Below are positions 47,097-56,673 of a stretch of 64,000 nucleotides of DNA, piece by piece (position 1 is the first letter of the stretch; each line of letters starts with the position of its first letter). The translations under genes were made by a program, and so were the position numbers. This stretch comes from an uncultured Spirochaetota bacterium. GTDB taxonomy: Bacteria > Spirochaetota > Spirochaetia > SZUA-6 > Fen-1364. The notes under the pieces were generated by a model. That model did not search any database. It was not told the DNA's origin and saw only the letters and a list, made by a program, of their open reading frames with translations. The DNA lies in assembly GCA_963781885.1 (NCBI GenBank), contig CAWAHW010000002.1, positions 1 to 64,000 of the forward strand, given 5' to 3'.

Positions 47097-48416
47097 ATGG
47101 CAAGGACCACGACTTCGGGTGGAACGGGCGCCTCTCCTCGTCTTGCAAAACAGCCCTCCGACGCGCAGAGGGGAATGGGCTGGCTCTTCGCGGGGCTTTT
47201 CCTCCTCTACATGTTCGACTACATCGACCGGGAGATCGTCTCGTCCCTCATCCCCTTCCTGAAGGCCGACCTCGGGATTACCGACACCCAGGCGGGATCG
47301 CTCGCATCGGCCGTCTACTGGTCCATCGTCGTCTTCACCTTCCCCGTCTCCATCCTCATCGACCGCTGGAGCCGCAAGCGGAGCGTCGGCATCATGGTCA
47401 TGCTCTGGAGCATGGCGACCGGCGCGGCGATATTCATCAAGACATTCCCCCAGCTCTTCCTCACCCGGCTGGGCGTCGGCGTCGGCGAGGCCGGCTACGC
47501 GCCCGGCGGCACGGCGATGATCTCCGCCATGTACCCGCAGGAGAAGCGGTCCCAAATGATGGGGCTATGGAACGCGTCCATCCCGCTGGGATCGGCCATC
47601 GGCGTGGGCCTTGGCGGGGTGATCGCAACGCACTGGGGCTGGAAACACGCCTTCGGTCTCGTGGCCATTCCCGGTTTCATCATCGGCGTGCTGTTCTTCT
47701 TCTTCGCGCGCGACTACAAGACCATCAAGCTGATGAAGCAGGCCACACCCGCGGCGGCCGCGCGCAAGATGCGCCTCGGGGAGATCGTGCGCGAGTTTCT
47801 GCACACGCCTTCCCTCATCCTGACCTACGTGGCATTCGCGGGCAACACCTTCCTCACCAGCGCGTACCTCACGTGGCTTCCCTCCTATTTCGTGCGCACG
47901 CAGGGCATGGCGTCGGGCCCGGCAGGGCTCAAGGCGTCCTCCATCATGCTTCTTGCCATCGTGGGAGCGCCGCTCGGCGGCTTTCTTGTGGACGCGTGGA
48001 ACAAGAAGCGCGGCAACGCCCGCCCGCTTTTCGCCGGACTATCCAGCCTGCTCAGCGCCGCGCTCTGGCTCGTTTCCTTTGCATTCTTCAAGGGAACGGC
48101 GCAATACATCATGTTGATGGTCTCCGCGCTCGCGACGCTCCTGTACCTCTCCGGCGCCTCCGCGCTCACGCAGGACGTCGTGCACCCGGGGCTCTGGGCC
48201 ATCTCCTACAGCATCTGCGTGATCGTCCAGAACCTCCTGGGCAGCTCCACGGGGCCCATCGTGGTCGGTTCGATCTCCGACAAGATCGGGCTTCCCGGCG
48301 CGATGCTCATCGTGCCGGCCATGGCGGCCTTCGCGGGTATCCTCTTCCTCCTGGCGTCCCTGTTCTACAAGCGGGACCTGGCAAAGGTCGACAAGGTCGT
48401 CGTGGAGATGGAGTAG
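47097..48416 (+). CDS. MFS transporter (spinster-like/ACS type)
   Basis: 'LYMFDYIDR', 'LIDRWSRKR' and 'RLGVGVGEAGYAPGG', with 12 TM segments. Confidence 0.9.
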   Translation: MARTTTSGGTGASPRLAKQPSDAQRGMGWLFAGLFLLYMFDYIDREIVSSLIPFLKADLGITDTQAGSLASAVYWSIVVFTFPVSILIDRWSRKRSVGIMVMLWSMATGAAIFIKTFPQLFLTRLGVGVGEAGYAPGGTAMISAMYPQEKRSQMMGLWNASIPLGSAIGVGLGGVIATHWGWKHAFGLVAIPGFIIGVLFFFFARDYKTIKLMKQATPAAAARKMRLGEIVREFLHTPSLILTYVAFAGNTFLTSAYLTWLPSYFVRTQGMASGPAGLKASSIMLLAIVGAPLGGFLVDAWNKKRGNARPLFAGLSSLLSAALWLVSFAFFKGTAQYIMLMVSALATLLYLSGASALTQDVVHPGLWAISYSICVIVQNLLGSSTGPIVVGSISDKIGLPGAMLIVPAMAAFAGILFLLASLFYKRDLAKVDKVVVEME

Positions 48417-48459
48417 CGCGCGCGTTCTGTCCGTCGGTGCGGGGAAGGGGACTCTGGTC

Positions 48460-49233
48460 TCAGAATCCCAGCGTGATCACCGCGCCCAGGGACAGGACCC
48501 ACGAGCCGACAGCCTCGGAGTAGGAGGTCCAGCCGTCGCTTGCGGGCAGGTTGGGGGACGTGCTCCACGTCGTCGTCTTGTAGGCACCGGCCATCTCGAT
48601 GCCCCAGTCGGGCGTGACGTGCCACAGGAGGCTCAGGTAGGGATAGCTCTGGTAGATGAGCGTGCTGCCGAAGTTCAGCGGGAAGTACATCTCGTAGCTC
48701 GCCGACACGTTGAGAAGCGGCATGCGGTCCCGCATCCAGAACCAGGTGAGCTCGGGCCGCGCCATGATCGACATCTCGTTCTCATACGTCGAGTAGATGA
48801 ACCTGCCTTTCAGCATGAACACCCAGTTGCCGCCCGGGAGGAAGGGCAGGAGGAAGCGCGGGCTCACGTCGAGCATGAAAAGATTCTCGAGCTGGGTCGA
48901 GGTGTCAGCCCAGCCCCAGCCTGCGGCAGCGGTGCTTTCCACCACGGTATCGTCGTGACGGGCGCCCGCCTGCAGCCGGTAGAATGCGCCCACCTTCAGG
49001 TTGGGGAGGACGCGGTAGTAGCCGCCGACGGTGACGTCGTGGAATCCCAGCGCATTCTCATCCGTGCGGTACTGCCCCAGCACCTCGGCAAGCGCGTCGA
49101 AGCTGCCAAAGTTCGCCACGATCTGTGTCCGTGCCTGCAGGTCCACGAGCCCCTGGTCGATGGTGGGGACCCGCTGGGCGAATGCCGCGGCCGCGGGGAG
49201 CATCAGAAGAAGCAAGAGGGCGCGTGACGTCAT
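48460..49233 (-). CDS. Hypothetical outer-membrane beta-barrel-like protein
   Basis: Signal peptide 'LLLLLMLPAAAAFA', alternating aromatic beta-strand pattern and a terminal Phe. Confidence 0.6.
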   Translation of the reverse strand: MTSRALLLLLMLPAAAAFAQRVPTIDQGLVDLQARTQIVANFGSFDALAEVLGQYRTDENALGFHDVTVGGYYRVLPNLKVGAFYRLQAGARHDDTVVESTAAAGWGWADTSTQLENLFMLDVSPRFLLPFLPGGNWVFMLKGRFIYSTYENEMSIMARPELTWFWMRDRMPLLNVSASYEMYFPLNFGSTLIYQSYPYLSLLWHVTPDWGIEMAGAYKTTTWSTSPNLPASDGWTSYSEAVGSWVLSLGAVITLGF

Positions 49234-49243
49234 GGTGTTTCCC

Positions 49244-49918
49244 TCAATCGTAATCCTGGTCGAGCAGGTCGCTGTATGCCGCGTCGAGGCTCGTGCTGTC
49301 CTGGACCCTCCCGCCGCCAGGGTTCACGTTCCAGTTCAAGTGACGCGTCCACGGGTAGCGCCGCGGCGTCGTGATCTTCGTGCCCCCGACGATGTTGATG
49401 CCCAGGCCCGCCTTCACCTGCACGTCCTGGCCCGTGTCGGGGATGGAGACGTCGACGACGCCTGAGTTCACGCACAGCCAGACGTCAGGCTCCGCATCGA
49501 TGGTGCGGCCGTACGCGATGAAGAACTCCGTGCCCCGCACGCCCGCAAGTGCCGACTGGGTGCGCACGGAGAATCGCCCCGTGAGCTTTCCCACGATGGT
49601 GGTAAACACGCCGCCCGCGGTGAGATTCACCGTGGTCTGGTCCCCGATGGAATCGATTGCGAGCGTGGTCTTTTCTCGTAGCTTCAGCGTCGTGCCGTTG
49701 GCGAGATCGATCACGGCGAGTGATTGGGCGCTCGTGGCCACCACGTCACCGGCGGCAAGCGCGTCTCCGATCTGCGCGGGACGGACGCCGTCGATGGAGC
49801 GTATCGAGACGTCGCCTTCCGTGTAGGTGAGCTGGCCGTTCAGGGCGAAAACCGCCGCGGGCAGCCCGACGAAGAGAATGGCCGCGCTCAAGCAGAGAGC
49901 AGACCGTTTCAATTGCAT
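49244..49918 (-). CDS. FecR-domain protein
   Basis: Signal peptide, 'L..GDVVAT...S.AVIDL.NGT.LKL...T', 'FSVRTQSALAGVRGTEF' and 'VNSGVVDV'. Confidence 0.85.
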   Translation of the reverse strand: MQLKRSALCLSAAILFVGLPAAVFALNGQLTYTEGDVSIRSIDGVRPAQIGDALAAGDVVATSAQSLAVIDLANGTTLKLREKTTLAIDSIGDQTTVNLTAGGVFTTIVGKLTGRFSVRTQSALAGVRGTEFFIAYGRTIDAEPDVWLCVNSGVVDVSIPDTGQDVQVKAGLGINIVGGTKITTPRRYPWTRHLNWNVNPGGGRVQDSTSLDAAYSDLLDQDYD

Positions 49919-50018
49919 GCGCACCCCCCGTGGAAGGTACGGCCGCGGGCGCGCCGCGGGCAAGAGAAACCCGGGCCCGCGCTCACCGGGGAGGCGCGGG
50001 GACGCCCGCGCCGGCGTG

Positions 50019-51560
50019 CTACAGGAGATACCCCCAGGTCTGGAGGAGATCGCCGTCCCGGTGCCAGCGCTCGCCGATATCGGTGCGGTAGAACATGTTC
50101 GGGATGATGATGTTCTTCACGCGGTTGTAGGCCTCTTTGCGCGCATCGTCCATGGTGGAGCCTGAACCGGTGACCACCATGACGTAGCCCGAGTTGCCCG
50201 TGAGGCGCCAGTCGCCGTCCACCAGGCGGATGTCGCAGGGATGGATGCCGTCGTTCATCGGCTTGCGGAATATGACCACCGCGTCCTCGCTGAACTTGCG
50301 GAATGCATCGGAGTCGAGGAAGGGAAAGGGCGGCACGGCGATGACGACGCAGATCTGGAAGCCGCGCTTCGTGCGGAGCGTCACCGCCTGGCCGCGCGCC
50401 ATGCCGGACAGGAGGTCCGCCCAGCGCGACAGGACCCCTTCGATCTGGAGATTGATCGTCGGGTAGCCGAACCGGGACGTGAACTCCAGGGGGTAGATGC
50501 CGCGGGAGTTGGCGATGCAGTTGATGTCGATGTAGCCCGTGTAGCGCGTGGCGGCGAGCTTGTCGCGCATCTTGAAGAGCGTCTGCTGGAAAAGGGTGTT
50601 CGGGCCGTGCCAGAAGCCGGCGGTCCCCATCTCTCCCGTCTGCGGGCCGATGTCGTCGTTGAACATGCGCTTGTGCTCGAAGTTCACGAATGTCGGGCCG
50701 ATGAAGTCCTTCCCGTTGAAGAAGGCGCCGACCGCCACCTCCACGCCCGAGGCATATTTCTGGAGCTGGAAGCTTTTGATCTTGGATGCCCAGCCCTTCT
50801 TGTAGTGCTCGAGCATCGTGAGCACGTCCAGGCCGTCTTCCTCCTGGCCGACGAATGAGAGCACCTTCTCGTTCTGCGCCCTGCCGCTGGGCTTCACGAC
50901 GTAGCGGCCGGGCGTGGCTTTGATGAAGGAGATCGCCGCATCGAAAGAATCGAACTCCCAGCGGGGAAGGATGGTGATGCCCGCGGCGCGCATCTCCTCC
51001 TGGCCGAACTCGCGGTCCATCTCCAGCCTGTCCGTGTAGGGCGTGCCGCCGACCACGGCCTTGCCTTCCGCGCGGAGCTTGTCGGCAAGCGCGCCGAACT
51101 CGCAGTCGTCGAAGACGATGACGTCGGCCCACTCCTTCCACTCCTCCCACTTGTCCACCTTCTCGACGAAGCCCTCCGCGACCTCGCGCTCCGACTTCAT
51201 CATGATGTGGTAGCGCACCTCCTGGCCTTCCTTGCGCAGCTCCCACGCCAGGTCGTGGATGAGCCCCCACTTGGAGATGAAGAGGAAGCGCTGCGGCCGC
51301 TGCTCGCGCGACGCGCCGGGTGCGGCGGGCTGCGGTGAAGCCGGTGGCGCTGGCTGCGGCGCGCCCGGCACAGGGCCTCCCGGCGGCGGGGCGGCGGGAG
51401 CAGCGGCTCCGGCCGCGGGCGCGGGTGCGCCGGGAGGGAAAGGATCGGGTGGTGGTGACGCTGGCTGATCGGAAGAGGAGGCTGCGGGAGCAGGGGGAGC
51501 GGCGCTCGTGCCCGATCTGGCGCCGTTTTTTTTCCCCGGGCCCCTGTCATCGCTCGACAT
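50019..51560 (-). CDS. PurD-like (phosphoribosylamine-glycine ligase-like) ATP-grasp enzyme with Pro/Ala-rich N-terminal extension
   Basis: 'GGTPYTDRLEMDR', 'YVVKPSG', 'FEHKRMFNDDIGPQTGEMG', 'LEFTSRFGYP' and 'MFYRTDIG'. It lacks the canonical GxGGREHA N-terminus. Confidence 0.78.
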   Translation of the reverse strand: MSSDDRGPGKKNGARSGTSAAPPAPAASSSDQPASPPPDPFPPGAPAPAAGAAAPAAPPPGGPVPGAPQPAPPASPQPAAPGASREQRPQRFLFISKWGLIHDLAWELRKEGQEVRYHIMMKSEREVAEGFVEKVDKWEEWKEWADVIVFDDCEFGALADKLRAEGKAVVGGTPYTDRLEMDREFGQEEMRAAGITILPRWEFDSFDAAISFIKATPGRYVVKPSGRAQNEKVLSFVGQEEDGLDVLTMLEHYKKGWASKIKSFQLQKYASGVEVAVGAFFNGKDFIGPTFVNFEHKRMFNDDIGPQTGEMGTAGFWHGPNTLFQQTLFKMRDKLAATRYTGYIDINCIANSRGIYPLEFTSRFGYPTINLQIEGVLSRWADLLSGMARGQAVTLRTKRGFQICVVIAVPPFPFLDSDAFRKFSEDAVVIFRKPMNDGIHPCDIRLVDGDWRLTGNSGYVMVVTGSGSTMDDARKEAYNRVKNIIIPNMFYRTDIGERWHRDGDLLQTWGYLL

Positions 51561-51608
51561 GGTGTAGCGAACATAGCCTAGGGAAGGGCTGTCGGCAAGC
51601 AATTCTTT

Positions 51609-52343
51609 GTGTACATTGGGCCCGTGAACGGCAGGAAGGGACTCCGCATCATTCCCGTGCGCGACGCGAACGAAAAGCCCGGTCATCGCTTCGACCCGGA
51701 CCAGCTCCAGAGCCTGCCGGTGGTCGCAAACGTCGAGATCGCGCCCGACACGTGGCGCCTTTCATTCCCGCGGCCCTGGGATTTCGTCGCCGGCCAGTCG
51801 ATCGGGTTGACGCTCGACCCGTCGCTTCCCGCCCGATTCTACAGCATCGCAAGCGGCACCGCGGACCCTCTGGTGGACGTGCTCTACGACAGGGTGCCGG
51901 AAGGCCTGCTCACGCCGCGGCTGGCGGATCTGCGCCCGGGCGACACGCTCCTCTGCTCGCTTCCCTTCGGCGCCTTCCGCGATTCCATCGGGCCGTCCTG
52001 CTGGATCGCCACGGGCACCGGTATCGCGCCATTCGTCTCCATGGCCCGGTCGGGAAAGGTCGACGGCAAGCTCCTCCTGCACGGCAGCCGCAGCATCGCC
52101 GGGCTTTTTGACAGGGACTACTTCGCCACGCTCATGGGCAACCGCTATATCCCCTGCTGCACGCGGGAGAACGCGCCGGGCGTGTTCGCGGGCCGACCCA
52201 CCGAGTGGCTGCGCCAGCAGCCCCTGCCGGAAAGCGACCGCTACCTGCTCTGCGGCAACAGCGGCATGGTCGTGGACGCGCGTGACATCCTCATCAATCG
52301 CGGCGTATCCTTCACCCGGGTGATTTCCGAGATCTACTTCTGA
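51609..52343 (+). CDS. Ferredoxin--NADP reductase-like FAD/NAD(P) oxidoreductase (start uncertain)
   Basis: 'RFYSIAS', 'GLLTPRL', 'IATGTGIAPF', 'LCGNSGMV' and terminal 'EIYF'. Confidence 0.85.
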   Translation: MYIGPVNGRKGLRIIPVRDANEKPGHRFDPDQLQSLPVVANVEIAPDTWRLSFPRPWDFVAGQSIGLTLDPSLPARFYSIASGTADPLVDVLYDRVPEGLLTPRLADLRPGDTLLCSLPFGAFRDSIGPSCWIATGTGIAPFVSMARSGKVDGKLLLHGSRSIAGLFDRDYFATLMGNRYIPCCTRENAPGVFAGRPTEWLRQQPLPESDRYLLCGNSGMVVDARDILINRGVSFTRVISEIYF

Positions 52344-52350
52344 GGCAGGC

Positions 52351-53391
52351 ATGAAGGAGAACCTTTTCGGCCGCACGCTGGTCCAACTCGGCGGCATCGC
52401 GGAGGCGGTCCGGCTGCCACCGTACGCCGCGCGCCAGATCGCGGAGTGGATGTACGCCCGCGACGCAATGAGCTTCGACGCGATGACCAATATCCCGCGG
52501 CCGGCGCGCGTGCGGCTCGCCGAGCAGTACGCCATCGAGCGCCGCGCCCCCGTGCGCGTGAGCGAGTCCGCCGACGGCACGAAGAAGTACCTCTTTGGCG
52601 CGGGCAATGCCCGTTTCGTGGAGGCGGCGTGGATCCCGGAAGAGACGCGCAGCACCCTGTGTCTCTCCGTGCAGGTCGGCTGCAAGATGGGCTGCCTCTT
52701 CTGCATGACGGGCAAGCAGGGCTTCCAGGCGCACCTGAGCGCCGGCGAGATCCTGGACCAGTACAGAAGCCTTCCGGAGCGCGACAAGGTCACGAATATC
52801 GTCTACATGGGCATGGGCGAGCCGATGGACAACCTGGAAAACGTCCTGGACAGCCTCGATGTGCTCTGCGGCGACTACGGCTTCGGCCTGAGCCCCACGC
52901 GCATCACGGTCTCCACCATCGGTCTGGTGCCCGCCATGCGCACGTTCCTGGCGCGCACGCGGTGCCACCTCGCGGTGAGCCTCCACACGCCGTTCGAGGA
53001 GGAGCGCCGACGGCTGATGCCCATCGAGAATGTGCATCCACTGTCGGAGGTGCTTGCCGAGCTGCGCGCCAGCATGGTGCGCGGCCAGCGGCGCGTCTCC
53101 TTTGAATACATCATGTTCGCCTCCGTGAATGACACGCCGCGCCACGCGCGGGAGCTGGCGCGCGTCCTGGATGGCATCCGCTGCCGCGTGAATCTCATCC
53201 CTTTCCACACCATCCCCGGCACGCCGCTCGCGCCCAGCCCGCGGGAGACGATGGAGCGCTTCCAGGCCCTCCTGCGCGACAAGGGCATCATGACGACCAT
53301 CCGCCAATCGCGCGGCCAGGATATCGAGGCTGCCTGCGGCCTGCTCTCCACGCGGGAGCTCGTCCGCATGCGCGGAGAAGTGGAGCAATAG
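52351..53391 (+). CDS. rlmN: 23S rRNA (A2503-C2)/tRNA methyltransferase RlmN
   Basis: 'DGTKKYLF', 'CLSVQVGCKMGCLFCMTG', 'VYMGMGEP' and 'RGQDIEAACG'. Confidence 0.95.
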   Translation: MKENLFGRTLVQLGGIAEAVRLPPYAARQIAEWMYARDAMSFDAMTNIPRPARVRLAEQYAIERRAPVRVSESADGTKKYLFGAGNARFVEAAWIPEETRSTLCLSVQVGCKMGCLFCMTGKQGFQAHLSAGEILDQYRSLPERDKVTNIVYMGMGEPMDNLENVLDSLDVLCGDYGFGLSPTRITVSTIGLVPAMRTFLARTRCHLAVSLHTPFEEERRRLMPIENVHPLSEVLAELRASMVRGQRRVSFEYIMFASVNDTPRHARELARVLDGIRCRVNLIPFHTIPGTPLAPSPRETMERFQALLRDKGIMTTIRQSRGQDIEAACGLLSTRELVRMRGEVEQ

Positions 53392-53454
53392 CAGGCATCC
53401 GCGCTCTCGGACCCCTCGGGGGAGCAGCGGGAAACCGATGGGCCGGGCGGCGTC

Positions 53455-54210
53455 TCAGAAAACGAACGGGATGACGCTCTTCCTTTGCCGCGGGTAGTCG
53501 GCGAATGTGGCGATGTACCACTGCCGGTTGGCAAAGGCGCGCGGCACGAGGTTGGCGATCGTGAACAGCGCGAACCCCAGGCCCGCCAGGGACCACGACG
53601 CCAGCGCAAAACCGCACCACTCCGCGATCTCGCCGAAATAGTTCGGGCTGGCAACGTAATCGAAAAGGCCTCCGCGGGGCACCTTGTATCCCACGTCACC
53701 CGGCTTTCGCAGATGGCGCAGCTCACGGTCTGCCAGGATGTGCGTGAGCATGCCGGCCACGAAAAGCGCGATGCCGGCGCTGACGCGGGCAACGCCCAGG
53801 AATCCCAGTCCCTGGAGGCTTGCCGTCGTGGCGAGGAATATGCCGTTTGCATACCCGTTGAGGCTGTTGAAGACGAAGGCGAAGAGGATGAGGAGCACGG
53901 GAAAGCGCCTGTCGCTCCCCCGCATCAGGAAGGGGAATACGCACGAGCGATAGAGGTAATGCACCTCCCACAACCCCAGGAGGAGCAGGGCGACAGGGCT
54001 TGGCGCACGGCCGCTTGCGATGACCGTGATTCCGATCACCAGCAGCGCCGGGCTTTCCATCACAATCCAGCCGATGCGTGCGCTCACCGAGGGGCCCCAG
54101 CCTGCCCGGAAATGCCTTCCATACGGTGCCGTGTAGAAGAACAGGACGATGAAAACGACCGGCGCCGATACGAATATCACCCATAAGGCAATCGCATTCA
54201 GCATAGACAT
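53455..54210 (-). CDS. 3-oxo-5-alpha-steroid 4-dehydrogenase (SRD5A/DET2)-like membrane reductase
   Basis: 'APYGRH', 'GWIVMESPA', 'HYLYRS', 'YKVPRGGLFDYVASPNYFGEIAEW' and 'RK.VIPFVF'. Confidence 0.85.
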   Translation of the reverse strand: MSMLNAIALWVIFVSAPVVFIVLFFYTAPYGRHFRAGWGPSVSARIGWIVMESPALLVIGITVIASGRAPSPVALLLLGLWEVHYLYRSCVFPFLMRGSDRRFPVLLILFAFVFNSLNGYANGIFLATTASLQGLGFLGVARVSAGIALFVAGMLTHILADRELRHLRKPGDVGYKVPRGGLFDYVASPNYFGEIAEWCGFALASWSLAGLGFALFTIANLVPRAFANRQWYIATFADYPRQRKSVIPFVF

Positions 54211-54370
54211 GCTATGTACTCTAACAGATGAGGCATCGCTCGACAAGACAGTTTGCGTCGCGGCCGTCTGGCGGGGCCAGTTTTGCCCCGCGACATTTTC
54301 CGCAGTACCTTTCCGCCAAGGCACAGGTCGTTGCATCGGTGTCAGTCAAGCGCCTCTGAAAGGGAGCGCG

Positions 54371-55540
54371 ATGAAGACGGGAGGCAAGCTTTCCCGGCCG
54401 CGACGACGGGCTTCGACACGCCGGTCCCGAAAGGGAGCCGTCGCGCCGCAGAGCCTCATCGGCCAGATATATGAATCCGTCGGGGACCCCGCGGCGCTGA
54501 GCGACGTGATGCGGCAGCTCGTCGGCGTCGCGGGAGGCCGGATCGGCCAGTTCGGACTCCTGGATACCCGCGGACAGTGGCTGCATGCAAGCGTGGTCGG
54601 AGCACCGGGGTCCGTCCTGCAGACCTACCTCGATCTCTATGCGGAAAATGACCCGCGGCTGCCTTCCTATCTGTCCCACACGGGGCAGCTTCTCCCCTGC
54701 CATCAGACCGTGGACCAGGCGCTTTTCGAGCGCTCCGCCCTGGTCAATGACTTTCTCGACAAGATGGACGCGCGCTATTGCCTCGCGAGCGTGACTCCCG
54801 TCAGTCCCCACATGCTTGCGGTCATATCCGTGATGAGGCCGCGCAGGGATGGCCGGTACGAGAGCGCAGAGCAGAAGGCGCTGGCGCCGTTCCTTCCCCA
54901 CGTCTGGCGCGCGCTGAGCCTTCAGATCCGGCTTGGGGGGGTGGAGTCATCTCTGCTCGCGCTGGAGGCGCTTGTCGATCGGCTCTCCAGCCCGGTGCTG
55001 GTGGTGGATCGCGACGGCACGCTTCGCCATGCGAACGAGGCCGGCCGCGCCGCGCTTGCGCGGGGCGTGTTTCTCACCCTGCGAAAGGGGCGCGTGGAGC
55101 CTTGCAACGCGAAGCAGGCCCGGGATTTCGCGCTCCTTGTCGCATCCGCGCTTTCGGGGGAAGCCCGGCCGGGGAATGGCATGCGTCTTCTGGGAGGAGA
55201 GCGGCGTTTCGCCACGCTCGCGGTGTACCCCTTGCACGGTCTGCCGACGCGAGCCGGCGTGGCGGGAGCCGCAGCGGCCCTCTTTCTGACCGGATACTCG
55301 ACCGTTCCCCTTGCCGACAGTGTCCGCCTTCAAGCGTTATTCCGGCTGACTCCTGCGGAGACCCGGCTTGTGGAGTGGCTCCTGCAGGGAGAGAGCCCCC
55401 GGGAAATCAGCGAAAGATTCCATCTCAGCAGGGAAACCACGAAGAGCCAGCTGCATTCCCTTTTCGAAAAGACCGGGACACGGCGACAGACTGAATTGAT
55501 CGCGACACTGCTGTCCACGGCCATGGTGAAGCTGACGTAA
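54371..55540 (+). CDS. LuxR-type HTH regulator with GAF/PAS-like N-terminal domains
   Basis: PAS-like 'PVLVVDRDGTLRHAN' and C-terminal 'LFRLTPAETRL...G.SPREI....LSRETTKSQLHSLFEKTGTRRQTELI'. Confidence 0.85.
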   Translation: MKTGGKLSRPRRRASTRRSRKGAVAPQSLIGQIYESVGDPAALSDVMRQLVGVAGGRIGQFGLLDTRGQWLHASVVGAPGSVLQTYLDLYAENDPRLPSYLSHTGQLLPCHQTVDQALFERSALVNDFLDKMDARYCLASVTPVSPHMLAVISVMRPRRDGRYESAEQKALAPFLPHVWRALSLQIRLGGVESSLLALEALVDRLSSPVLVVDRDGTLRHANEAGRAALARGVFLTLRKGRVEPCNAKQARDFALLVASALSGEARPGNGMRLLGGERRFATLAVYPLHGLPTRAGVAGAAAALFLTGYSTVPLADSVRLQALFRLTPAETRLVEWLLQGESPREISERFHLSRETTKSQLHSLFEKTGTRRQTELIATLLSTAMVKLT

Positions 55541-55651
55541 TCCTTTCCCGGAAGGGCTTCCGCTTTCCCCCGTTCGGGTGAAGTCGTCGGAGCTGTGCGC
55601 TGCATACATTACGCCGGTCGGCGCGTGCGGCCGGCCGAAGGGAGCACAGCG

Positions 55652-56041
55652 GTGGGTGAGAAGCGGCAAAAAGGACACACGCGAACCGGACGGAAAGTCG
55701 CCGTCTTCTTCATGGCGATATTCGTTCTCGGGGTCGGGGCGGTTTTCAGCTCCTGTTCACTCCTCGACTCGCTTTTCAGCTCGAAGGCACAAATCTGCTT
55801 CTGGACGGACCAGGAATACACCGGTGGCTATGTCACGGTCTACGTCGACGGGTCTGTCGTGGGATCGCTCACCCAGTTTTTCACGAGCGCGCCGTCATTT
55901 GGACAGTCGGGCACGCTGGTCGTCCAGGAAGACGCGGGAAGCTACCAGGTATCCGCCGTGTCGGCGGACGGGAGAATCGTCTGGAGCCCGCAGACGATTT
56001 CGGTCACCTCCGGTGAGCAATTCACGGAGTTCTTCAAATAG
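55652..56041 (+). CDS. Hypothetical lipoprotein (small beta-sandwich)
   Basis: A basic N-terminus, a hydrophobic stretch and the lipobox 'VFSSC'. The start codon is uncertain. Confidence 0.55.
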   Translation: MGEKRQKGHTRTGRKVAVFFMAIFVLGVGAVFSSCSLLDSLFSSKAQICFWTDQEYTGGYVTVYVDGSVVGSLTQFFTSAPSFGQSGTLVVQEDAGSYQVSAVSADGRIVWSPQTISVTSGEQFTEFFK

Positions 56042-56099
56042 AAGGGGCATTGATGGCGACAGCCCCGAAGCCGAAGTCTTTTTCTCTGAGGAGGAGATC

Positions 56100-56606
56100 A
56101 TGAAATGGGGCGTCTGCTGCGCTCTGGCCTTTTCGCTCGCGGTCCTGTCCGCCAGCGTCGGCTCCGCCGACCAGGTGACCGACATCGTGAACCAGTTCGC
56201 GCAGATCGGCAGCGGTGCGGACACGCAGGCAATTTCGCTGGTTGTTGATTCCTACGATGGGCTTCAGGGCGTCGGCGTCGATTTTGCCGGGTTGTTCAGC
56301 TCCATCGGGATCATGTTCGAGGGATCGGCGAGCTACATTCTCGGAAGCGATCAGGGATATGGCTCTTCCATCATGGCCAGCTTCCTGAGCGGCTTCCTGT
56401 TCCGCACGGGCTCGTTGTCACTGGGGGCCGGCATAGGAGCCATCGCGAGCCCACTCGCCTTCGATGGGGGCGTGGGCGTCTATTCTGCCCTCTTGCTCGG
56501 CTCATTTTTCCTGGAAGTGCGCGTCTCCTACTACTTCCTCCAGCTCAGCGGCTCCTCCGACGGAACGGGAGCGGAGGCAATGCTGGGCGCGGGATTCCTC
56601 ATTTGA
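56100..56606 (+). CDS. Hypothetical exported protein, possible small beta-barrel
   Basis: GAGGAG RBS, signal peptide and Gly/aromatic-rich alternating strands. Confidence 0.6.
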   Translation: MKWGVCCALAFSLAVLSASVGSADQVTDIVNQFAQIGSGADTQAISLVVDSYDGLQGVGVDFAGLFSSIGIMFEGSASYILGSDQGYGSSIMASFLSGFLFRTGSLSLGAGIGAIASPLAFDGGVGVYSALLLGSFFLEVRVSYYFLQLSGSSDGTGAEAMLGAGFLI

Positions 56607-56673
56607 AGCTCGATTTCCCGCGAGGTGGAGAGGCAACGGCTGTCCCGGCCTGACGGGCTCCCGGTCCCCGCGC

